From contig PDIP01000102.1 in NCBI GenBank assembly GCA_002811645.1, forward strand, positions 27,523 to 66,552: a stretch of 39,030 bases of DNA, in the 5' to 3' direction. The notes below the pieces were generated by a model. That model did not search any database. It saw nothing but the letters and a program-made list of their open reading frames with translations, and was not told the origin of the DNA. Shown piece by piece: positions 31,401-39,030 of the stretch (within the stretch, counting starts at the first letter, position 1; every line of letters starts with the position of its first letter). The position numbers were made by a program, and so were the translations under genes. The stretch comes from Corallochytrium limacisporum Hawaii. Taxonomy: Eukaryota > Protista > Pluriformea.

Positions 31401-31636
31401 TCGGTGTGCTCGTGCAAAACCACCGCCAAGCCATCCACGAGAGCTCCATGGACGAGACTTCTATGGATGCACACCCGGTGGCCAAAAAGGTCAGTATGCA
31501 AAGTCATCAACAGCAGCGTTCCATCACATTGACCTCATCGCGGCACACCGCTGCCCTGATGCGGGTCGGCCGCACTGGTGGTCTGGTGGCCGCCATTGCT
31601 AGTAAATCCACGACGACAAGTAGCAAGCGGCGCTGA
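28472..31636 (+). CDS. Large acidic disordered protein, probable Claspin/Mrc1 replication-checkpoint mediator (1054 aa)
   Basis: ELEKMSKQRQKVQREMDIDL (compare Claspin/Mrc1 xHxETQRLxRE); many SQ/TQ sites; LIDGLAEEGEEEDE and LIDDE...MDEDSEDELDALYRKY resemble the Mrc1-like domain. The ORF is certain; the identity is moderate. Confidence 0.6.
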   Translation: MAASESGTEVLPAAQGEIVEEALSAPSSPEYNAAAWRLDEAGNDENVSETSTQYEADPEEFESTRRMKQVVESDEDEDPAIPAGPVADSQALPGFERTQECVPHKETESEPSPAQNQDLPAFADSDDDSEVEAVVRHRPTSKRRIDEDEGRYATHLADDHDEDSEVAKKNRSQAIKEKLTKLAAEKREEVATFEDESHGERERKHKTQHGKTDEYTAVDKEEEALLDVNEIRKELADLQDHGEAPKYKYQEVDVGVVSDSEEDSLLDSEGDYAPVKKSRKKSKGCEPKPKKHFVTRAELEKMSKQRQKVQREMDIDLKKKECKKVTAVDVLKKRGFFARSSTTEDSTHSRRKAIFSMIMSQRESSQQMGTSLPRLSSDTNAIYAVSSASQSSNSGFRRESVATVGLSVVDENASSATLRKHLRKEAMTAALNARKNSKTSQRSSSTQKEMDFIGPLDSNSSSAFHPGNHGILARKPSDDGETQDGLDSHTMDVASIQGCATLDGEREDSVAEFTDIDVVRAGTPDLGQPHFENTAEQNLNAQAAEEVGNFAAAGASTDDAPKAIGLGDEWNGLFTAPEATQKSVSHNAWENTQGKSTQQGDSTTQAQEEPVAIPTAVHKSAERDEQTARETAHEDPAKSEPKEQIIEEVLSPPTSPGTVEEHSVAQQIDSDDEEAEQDNDRVHAGNVGKELQSHANPLIDGLAEEGEEEDEDEATGISRRKVADDDISEEEENDDMDKSLSSLIDDEGDDLGADEAPGMHAALARKMDEDSEDELDALYRKYGQDGDESRKKKRRKTSSNKQQGALREINGNKDRRQSSGSRFSRLDSEVDVFAELARGLEKGTSDAFVFNENAMMEDSRSSNDRHGSRHHRRKSSYHRGSLDDDLDTGASQLSNSSRPGLLRRDSSNNLRSLPRRDSNSVSNSSALGAAHGGSFMRHSKLRKFGTGGSSKVVSLHAIDRTCRTTELMGSTGGSAAIGVLVQNHRQAIHESSMDETSMDAHPVAKKVSMQSHQQQRSITLTSSRHTAALMRVGRTGGLVAAIASKSTTTSSKRR

Positions 31637-31736
31637 CAAGGATAGAAATGTTTTCCAAAAAACTAAGAAACCTGATCGTTTGCGATGAAATAAATCCATG
31701 CAAGGGTAAAGTATATGAGACATATCACGGTGTAGT

Positions 31737-34700
31737 TTATTGCATGGCACAGTTGTCGCTGACGTCTAGGACCGGGCTGAGCAATTCTGCTATCGCACGG
31801 GCAATGTACGTGGCTGTCGAATTCTTGCCAGTTGGCTTGAGATCGTAGAAATCTGAGAATACGACTTCGTCCAAGACAGTGTTCGGGTCGTCATAAGTGA
31901 GACGGAAGAGATTCACGGCGCGGTTAATTATTTCTTCTAGGTCGATGAACTGCGACACCCTAATCTCAGGGTTGCGTTCCGTGATGTTTGCCAGAATCAT
32001 CAAGCTCTCAATGATGATTGCACGGTACTCTGGCAAGTGGATGCGATTCAAAAGGCTCTCCACACGCAAGGCAAAATTCTTCTCACCAGGTGTCGTGTCT
32101 GGGATGATCGGATAGTACGGCAGATTGTCGTCCCGCAGTTTCAGACCGCCTCCCTCGCACACAGACAGCACGTTCCACACCCTACGGTAGAACGTAGGGG
32201 GCACCCGATTGAGGGAACCAGCCAGCTGGCGTGCACGTTTGTGCAAGAATTCGTCCTCATTTATGGGCCGCAATTGGATGTTGAAAGCCAGGCGTCGAAT
32301 CTCGTCAACACCACCAATAAGGTAGCGAGACGAATCGTCGTCGAAGGACCGACTCACACTCAACTTAGACACGCTGCCAACAGGCGCTTCAGTGGCTTCG
32401 TCCCCGCTGGAACCAACAGAGGGGTCACGAGAAACGGCACTGCTGCGCCGCTGCGGTTCCATCTTTAAGTGCAACGACACAAGTTCCAGGGCGAAAGCTT
32501 TCATTTCCGATGGACTCAGTGACATCAATGCCAGAGTAGCCGTCTCTGTTCCATAAATTCGCGAGATCTGGTTCTTCATGGCCTCTACAATCCATCCAAT
32601 CCGGATACGCAACATACCTTCAAAAAGAGCGGGCGAATTAATGATACAACGACCCAAGTGAAGGACCAGTTCCTGTTGTAAACAGGCTTCGCGAATATCG
32701 TACCGACAGCGACTGAAGAGCACCTCTTGAATGGCGGCAGGAGTAATGGGCTCCGAAATGATGTACTCTTCGTGACCAAATTCACCTAGGGTGACTTCCT
32801 TACCACGCACCAGCATTTCTGTAATGGCAGGAGCCAAGGAATCTACTAGACGGGTGAGTAGGGAAGCCATCTGTCGCACTGTGGCCCACACACGTAGCTT
32901 TGCTGCCTTGAAGTAGACCTCCTTGATGAGTGTGTGGAGATCGACATCCACATTCTTAATGGATGAAGACGGCTGATCCTCGTCAGTGAACGCGGTGTCA
33001 AAGTGGATGCGATACTGCTGACCATGTCTCATGACAAGAACTTGTACAATATTGCCTTGCTCGAATATGTTCCACGATTCCTTGAGTAATGCTGTCAGAT
33101 CATCTGATGACATCTGATTCAGTGCATCCAAGTCTGGCTTATCCCTGGCCTCGCGAAGAATGGTGAGCGCTGCAAAACTGCCAGTAGCCTCTGCAAGACC
33201 ATCCTTACTTTGGCTGTCCCGTCGTTGAAGTGAACTGTTTAGCTCATCGCCCGCTTCTTTTGACGTTTTCCTCCTTAGACTCTTCTTCCTCAAAAATATT
33301 TGTTCTGACGCCATGTCCGTTGGTTTGACCATGGTCATCATACCTCCATATCTTGGAGCTATGCTCATTTCACGTCTCAAGCCAGGCGCCTTTGCGTCCC
33401 CTCGGCCATCCGTAATCCTGAACTGACTCTTCAGCACTTCAAAGTGGTGCCGATGGTATTTTCCTTTCTTTCGCTTCTTCAACAAGATGGACTTGACATC
33501 AATGCTGCTGTCCACCTCAAGTTCTTCCACGAAACTGGTGAAAATCAACTGCTGCAGCCGACCAAGGCGGATCTGAACTCCATTGCACTCTCCCTTCTTA
33601 AATTCACTGATGAGGTGCAAGATTGCATTAAATGCACTGCCTCGAACACGATCTTCTCGTAGCATGATCGTGATAAGTGGCCGAGAGTTCATCATCCAGT
33701 TATTGCGTACAAATGCGAGTTCTTCCTTGATCATATCAGTAAGCATAACTTCATCCATAGTCATATAGAAATCCAATTGCTCGATGATCAGAGGGTAGAA
33801 AACACACATCTGGCCTTGAATACGGTACGCTTTTGAGGTTCCCAAGGATCCGAATGGACGACCGGGACGTCCAGAGAGGTGCAGAGGAGTGGACTTACCC
33901 AGGTGCGTATAGACTTCAACCAGGAGGGCAGGGTTGCATACCAGGATTGGTTCGATCTCATCCCGAGTTTGAGTCTGGATACCGTACATTGCCAATTGTG
34001 ACTGCAACTTTGGCGTCTCTGAGATCAATGCAATCTGAACCACAAGATCTTTCCGGTCTACAAGATTAAATGACATACTGGGTCTCACGATTGGCATCTG
34101 TGCACTCGTCACGAGATGTCTCCGTGTGGGGTCAACGTCCTCAATGGTGATCAATCCGTCTTGAATAAGATCAGCGATCAAAAGCAAGCTCTGTCCCCAC
34201 ATGAACGGCACATTATTGCTAGCGACCCGCTTCTGTGACCCGGGTGCCATTCGTTCGGCCTCTAGACTGTCTTCTTCCAATTTGTATAGCTCTGGGAGCA
34301 TTTTAAATTCTGGAGTACCCTGCTTGCCAGCCTTCAGAACTAACAAGGGATCAAGTTTTCCACGATACTCTGCGACTTGACCAGGATTGTTTCTGAACAA
34401 GCCGTCCAAAATCATGAGGACAAAAAATATTGGCCATTCACACTCAATGCCATCGAATTGCTTAAGCTCGGCGGCTTGATAATGCATGCGGCCGGGGTCT
34501 TCGACCACAGTCTGGTATCCGTCACGAAGGAACCGCTTCATTCCATACTTTCCCTCTAGAGTAGCAACAATTCGATCCTTTGTCTCCTGCAATTGGCCAG
34601 CATCTTCAACAGCAAATGCCGGAAACGAAGCAACAAATAGCAAGGCCGCATCCGTCTCTTTAGAACTGCTTTCCTTCGGTAGAAGGCTCTTCATAATAGC

Positions 34701-35489
34701 ACGGTTCCGATTGTGCGCATCCGCATCAACATGTACACTATGTCCCAGCTCGTCGCCAAAGAGATCAACGCCATTGATAGCCTCTAGCGCGGCTTTCGCC
34801 ATACCTATGCTTGAGGTGTTCAGTTCTGAGTGGCCAATGTTCGCTTTGTTTCCTCTTTCCCACATTCCGTAATCCGGCGTACGGTATGCACGCTCAATGT
34901 AATAGATCATATTTTGAATGAAGGCCACCTCATCGCTATCGTAAATTATGGTTAGTCCCGAGGATGTGGCTTGGGCAAGGAATAGGATATACAGTGAGGT
35001 GGCATCAATTTGCAGGTGGCCCCATTCATTGTCATTCACTACAGGATCACCCGTCAGCCAATCGTACTTGGCATGCAAGGCATGCTCTTTAAGTTGAGTT
35101 GTCTTGAAACATTCCACCTTACTGGCTTGCTTCATGAAGCAAAACAAGAGACCCCTCATGCACTTGATGACACTTTGTTCAAGTTCATACCTACGTCCCT
35201 TGTCATTGTCTATCTTTCGGTAAGCAAGTGCAAGACACCAAATGCCCATTGCAGTGTAGACATTGTCGCGAACCCACGCATCTTGGCGGCCAACTTCAGG
35301 GCTCCTGTGACTCGCCGTCAAATGTAGACCGAGGGTAGCTGACTGCCGGGGAAGAACAACATGCTTGACCAGTTGATAGTAAGAGTCAAGAAGTTTTGCA
35401 CGCCTCTCTGCTTCATTGATCCGTTTCTCTCCTGGTTTATACTGATATTGTGCAGTTGTCCTTAGGTAGGCATCCTTCATGGTCACCAT
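31737..35489 (-). CDS. PHKB: Phosphorylase kinase regulatory subunit (GH15-like; beta-type body, CaaX CAMQ)
   Basis: DAWVRDNVY, WGHLQIDA, DYGMWERG, KRFLRDGY, IECEWP, YGIQTQT, GTSKAYRI, VDSLAPAIT, RIRIGWI, GSLNRVP and C-terminal CAMQ. First ATG is at 35489. Confidence 0.9.
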   Translation of the reverse strand: MVTMKDAYLRTTAQYQYKPGEKRINEAERRAKLLDSYYQLVKHVVLPRQSATLGLHLTASHRSPEVGRQDAWVRDNVYTAMGIWCLALAYRKIDNDKGRRYELEQSVIKCMRGLLFCFMKQASKVECFKTTQLKEHALHAKYDWLTGDPVVNDNEWGHLQIDATSLYILFLAQATSSGLTIIYDSDEVAFIQNMIYYIERAYRTPDYGMWERGNKANIGHSELNTSSIGMAKAALEAINGVDLFGDELGHSVHVDADAHNRNRAIMKSLLPKESSSKETDAALLFVASFPAFAVEDAGQLQETKDRIVATLEGKYGMKRFLRDGYQTVVEDPGRMHYQAAELKQFDGIECEWPIFFVLMILDGLFRNNPGQVAEYRGKLDPLLVLKAGKQGTPEFKMLPELYKLEEDSLEAERMAPGSQKRVASNNVPFMWGQSLLLIADLIQDGLITIEDVDPTRRHLVTSAQMPIVRPSMSFNLVDRKDLVVQIALISETPKLQSQLAMYGIQTQTRDEIEPILVCNPALLVEVYTHLGKSTPLHLSGRPGRPFGSLGTSKAYRIQGQMCVFYPLIIEQLDFYMTMDEVMLTDMIKEELAFVRNNWMMNSRPLITIMLREDRVRGSAFNAILHLISEFKKGECNGVQIRLGRLQQLIFTSFVEELEVDSSIDVKSILLKKRKKGKYHRHHFEVLKSQFRITDGRGDAKAPGLRREMSIAPRYGGMMTMVKPTDMASEQIFLRKKSLRRKTSKEAGDELNSSLQRRDSQSKDGLAEATGSFAALTILREARDKPDLDALNQMSSDDLTALLKESWNIFEQGNIVQVLVMRHGQQYRIHFDTAFTDEDQPSSSIKNVDVDLHTLIKEVYFKAAKLRVWATVRQMASLLTRLVDSLAPAITEMLVRGKEVTLGEFGHEEYIISEPITPAAIQEVLFSRCRYDIREACLQQELVLHLGRCIINSPALFEGMLRIRIGWIVEAMKNQISRIYGTETATLALMSLSPSEMKAFALELVSLHLKMEPQRRSSAVSRDPSVGSSGDEATEAPVGSVSKLSVSRSFDDDSSRYLIGGVDEIRRLAFNIQLRPINEDEFLHKRARQLAGSLNRVPPTFYRRVWNVLSVCEGGGLKLRDDNLPYYPIIPDTTPGEKNFALRVESLLNRIHLPEYRAIIIESLMILANITERNPEIRVSQFIDLEEIINRAVNLFRLTYDDPNTVLDEVVFSDFYDLKPTGKNSTATYIARAIAELLSPVLDVSDNCAMQ

Positions 35490-36206
35490 CTTGTCACTCT
35501 CGCTGCTCTTAGAGCGGTAAGCCGTTGTACACTTACACCATATTCCGTCAATAGTTAGCAACTCCGACAAATTATTCTTATATTCATTTCATTCTCACCT
35601 TCCATAAGGTTATATGTACGATCTCTTGCGTCATATGACCTGAAATACCTCAGGGCTGACAGAGTTCCACAAATGCGGAGTTTTGCAGCACGTCCGGACT
35701 GCCACAGCCATTCCTTCTCCGCGTTGGCCTGTCCTCCCCTCTAAGAAATCCACCTCTCCTTCGTGCCTTACGTTCGGCCGGAAGCATCCGAGAAGTAGAT
35801 CGGTTGATGTGGCTTTGCTCCCTACCACCGATCCTCCTCTCCCGCCAATTCTCCGGTGCTATTCTAGTGCGGTTTGTTTTTCCGAACCCACCAAGGGAGT
35901 AGGTAAGAAACTTAAAGCGATTCGGGCCGGTGCGGACGCAAAGGCAGTGAAGGGGACAGTGTCGGGGCCGGATATAAAACGCAACCGGAAAGCCACCAGA
36001 GTGAGGTTTCAACACGAACAACAGAGCATAGGACCTGAAGCTATTTCGTGGCCGGCCGTCAAAGTAAAGGCATGTACAAACACCAGTATTTGGAGACACG
36101 GGATCTTGTTTCTGTTGCGCGTCCACAGTGACTGGGAGTTTGAGCTAATAATGACGTAGCATTTCTGAGAAGACAGACAGTTTGATCAGTGTACCGTTCC
36201 ACAGAC

Positions 36207-36950
36207 ATGTCGTACGACCTTCCCCGGCCATCCTTTTCGGAGCCGGATTCTGGGCGAACCCCTTACAGATACCTGAAGCGTCTGCTGCAATTCCGGCAGA
36301 TGGACTTTGAGTCGGCTACCTGGCAGGCTATTCATCTTTGTACAAATCCCAGGAAGGTGTACAGAAATGTTCAGTACCATAGGGAAACAAAACGACAATG
36401 GGCCCGAGATGACCCTGCTTTCCTTGTCATTCTGGCAGCTGCATTGTTCATTTCAAGTATTATCGTTGCAGTAATCTTCTCTCTTAACTTTGCTGAGTTT
36501 ATGGGATTCTTCCTCTGGGCCGTTTTTGCCGATTGCATCGGCGTCGGGGCAATCATCGCCAGCGGGTTCTGGTACATCACAAACCATCATATGACCGGTA
36601 CAGCAACGGCCCATGCAGTGGCACCATCAGTCGAATGGATGTTTTGCTTTGATGTGCACTGCAATGCATTCTTTCCGTTGCTACTAATCCTGCACGGCCT
36701 GCAAATGCTATTGGTGCCGATTCTCATCAGGGGTGGGTTCTTTGCAGCCCTTTTTGGAAACACTTTGTACGCTGTCGCTATCAGTTATTATTTGTATATC
36801 ACTTTCCTGGGATATTCAGCACTCCCGTTCCTCAAGGACACGGAATTTCTGCTGTATCCTATTGGTATCGTGGTTGTGTTCTATGTGCTCTGCAACATGG
36901 TTCCCATCAACTTTGCGATCTCCGTGTTTGAGTTCTACCATCTCATATGA
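36207..36950 (+). CDS. UNC50: UNC-50 / Gmh1 Golgi membrane protein
   Basis: QMDFESATWQ, PRKVYRN..Y..ETK.QWARDDPAF, VEW..CFDVHCNAFFP, YITFLGY..LPFL. Confidence 0.96.
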   Translation: MSYDLPRPSFSEPDSGRTPYRYLKRLLQFRQMDFESATWQAIHLCTNPRKVYRNVQYHRETKRQWARDDPAFLVILAAALFISSIIVAVIFSLNFAEFMGFFLWAVFADCIGVGAIIASGFWYITNHHMTGTATAHAVAPSVEWMFCFDVHCNAFFPLLLILHGLQMLLVPILIRGGFFAALFGNTLYAVAISYYLYITFLGYSALPFLKDTEFLLYPIGIVVVFYVLCNMVPINFAISVFEFYHLI

Positions 36951-37275
36951 GCATGGAGCATGGTAGAACGGGGAATGCAAACAAAATAAACAAGAGATCA
37001 CCATTAGTCGTCGTGTAGTATACGTATGAAAATGGTATTCTAAGAACATTTTTAATGATAGAAAGATATGTACGGCCACACAGTGACCAAGATGAAAAAG
37101 TGGAGTTCATGCGTGCAAGAAGTCAAATCTGTTCCGCATGCTACCCGCCACTCTTGTGTATACGTGCGTTTTGTCAATGCTATCCCGAGTGAAGATGACA
37201 GGTGCAAAATGTGGTAAAAACTACGCTGTTTGCAAATAAATGCCTATGATATGATATGCCATGAGGTTCCCGAAA

Positions 37276-37749
37276 TTAGAACTTGGAGAACTGCTTCTTA
37301 CCGCCACCAGTCTGCAGAACCTTCAGGACATTAAAGCGGACAGTCTTGGACAGAGGACGGCACTGGCCCACAACAACCTCATCACCGACGCGCAGATCCT
37401 TGAAGGCAGGAGAGCAGTGCACACTCAGGGTTTTGTGGCGCTTCTCATAACGGTTGTACTTCTTGATGTAGTGCAGGTAGTCCCGGCGGATAACAATAGT
37501 GTGCTTCATCTTCATCTTGGTCACAATACCGGTCAAGATGCGGCCGCGAATGCTAACGTTTCCGGTGAAGGGGCACTTCTTGTCAACGTAGTCGTCCTCG
37601 ATGGCGGCACGGGGGGTCTTGAAACCGAGACCCACATTCTGCCACCAGCGAACATCGGCACGCTTGGTCTGGCCGAACTGAACCTTCTTGGAGGCCAAGT
37701 TGACAGGGGCCTGCTTAAGGTAACTCTTCTCAGTCTGGAGCTCAGTCAT
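37276..37749 (-). CDS. RPS11: 40S ribosomal protein S11 (uS17)
   Basis: [68 protein letters not shown]. Confidence 0.99.
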   Translation of the reverse strand: MTELQTEKSYLKQAPVNLASKKVQFGQTKRADVRWWQNVGLGFKTPRAAIEDDYVDKKCPFTGNVSIRGRILTGIVTKMKMKHTIVIRRDYLHYIKKYNRYEKRHKTLSVHCSPAFKDLRVGDEVVVGQCRPLSKTVRFNVLKVLQTGGGKKQFSKF

Positions 37750-37783
37750 ATTGATCGAATGGTATATCCCGAATAAAAATATA

Positions 37784-37872
37784 ACCGTGTGGATAATAAG
37801 TCCATCTAATAAATATCAACCGATCAGAGGTCTGAAATAACTGATCTTTGGAACTTATTATCATCCACTGGT
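37784..37872 (-). other. Extended imperfect stem-loop just upstream of the RPS11 start codon
   Basis: GTGGATAATAAGTCCA (37789-37804) pairs with TGGA(A)CTTATTATC(ATC)CAC (37849-37868). It is closed by ACC/GGT and has an inner GATCAG/CTGATC stem. Confidence 0.7.
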
Positions 37873-39030
37873 GCATTTTAACTATGGGCAACGGTCAAAT
37901 ATGATCACTTCAAGGTAAATCCTATACTTGGAAGCGTCACCGGTGTGGTACATAGGCGAACACGTACAATCGCCTGTGAGTGTACTACCAGGACTGGGTG
38001 CACTGACCAGGGCGGCCCCCTCCCCTGCCTGTCACATGTGGTACATTTTGTATGGAAAGCTCTGGAACACAGTACAATGAGTATAGATATCCTTATTGTT
38101 CCGGATTTGTCATACAAATGTACTGCGCCCTGTCGGTCCCCAGTAGTAGCCAAAAACCCAATCCATTCCCCCACAACCGTCTCTCTCCGAAAATTTCTAA
38201 TTTTTGTTGTTTATGTGTGCTTTTCGAAATTGTGTGTGAAATATGATTTGTGTGTGTTTTCCCTTTTTTTCTTCGTCTTTTTTTTGCGCGGGCTTCATGG
38301 CAGAGGCGGCGGGTTGGATCCAAACCCCCCTCGCGCCCCACTCACACACACACACACAGAGCAATCGGTGCTGCCTGTCCTGTTCAGACCCCACGACTGA
38401 CCGCAGTACCCACTGCGAAGGTATCACGATCAGTTCCCAGGCCCCCCTTTGTTCACACAAGCCAGCAAAGGCGGGCTAAGTGCCCAGGAACCTCGCGGCA
38501 GCTCAGGGAGTTGGAAGTACTTTCAGTATTTGTATTTCGAAAGCGCATCGGCAGGGACAACACGAACAAATGATTCCCACTCCAGGCTCAGGGTCGGACC
38601 CACCGTGGCAGCTCAATATTCTGAAAAAATGGGGTTCGTCGCCCGTTTGGAAAGTCAAACTTTCGTAGACTGCCAAGGTTCAAGATATGGCCCAAGGGGT
38701 CGCAACACGTCATACATTTTCTAGGGAAACCGCGTCCGCGGATCCAATTTTGCTCCTGCTTGCCCCAATCCCGCCATCCGATAATCAGCGCACCGATGGG
38801 GTGTCAGCAGTGTACCACCAACCAGCATCCCCGCTTTCCAGCAAAGGTTGGTGTTTAACCCTCCCCCTCCTTCGCTCGTTTTGCACCGTTTACCAACATA
38901 CCATGATTCTTGGTTCCCGCAGTGCCAAGTTCGCTCTGCGAATTCGTCGACTCTGCGTAATTTGGTACTATCCTCTGCGTCGAAATATTGCTCCAAATCA
39001 CATTTAATCAACCGGAATAAGGAGGGAGGG

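Noticed and set aside
37261-37776. 171-aa + strand ORF and other in-register antisense ORFs within genes
   Set aside because: Shadow ORFs of real genes (here RPS11) caused by codon bias.
38033-38040. CACATGTG E-box-like palindrome upstream of RPS11 (possible Myc site)
   Set aside because: A single short motif, not distinguishable from chance.
1-39030. CRISPR arrays, tRNA/rRNA genes, transposase/RT/integrase genes, telomeric repeats, operon-like defence systems
   Set aside because: None recognisable. The sequence is eukaryotic and neighbouring genes are functionally unrelated.

Overview
This is gene-dense eukaryotic nuclear DNA, not prokaryotic, at roughly 50% GC. It holds 16 full-length protein-coding genes, all single uninterrupted ORFs: a Ca3427/NMT1-like substrate-binding protein, a mitochondrial helical-repeat protein, TTC39/Iml2, U2A' (SNRPA1), RFC3, UPF3, a GNAT-like protein, a histidine acid phosphatase, a Thg1-like 3'-5' polymerase, FUN14, LMAN2/VIPL, an ADP-ribosylglycohydrolase-fold protein, a Claspin/Mrc1-like protein, a phosphorylase kinase regulatory subunit, UNC-50 and RPS11. 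There is also an 88-aa kinesin-motor N-terminal fragment. Genes lie mostly in head-to-head pairs 0.6-1.5 kb apart, and convergent ends are mostly only 60-110 bp apart. The first ~6.5 kb is gene-poor, with low-complexity runs, a (TA)n tract around an N gap and possible decayed ORFs. Animal-like genes without coding introns suggest an intron-poor unicellular holozoan such as Corallochytrium (inference only). Several starts in the ORF track are GTG/TTG and were moved to the first in-frame ATG. The best leads are a Thg1-like protein with NLS-like motifs, a stand-alone kinesin-2-like mini-ORF, a long hairpin in the RPS11 leader, E2F-type sites clustered at the two replication genes, UPF3 apparently lacking its EJC-binding motif, an alpha/beta-mosaic PhK subunit, and several bacterial-like genes. 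No clear multi-gene novel system is evident. All family calls come from motif recognition, not database searches.
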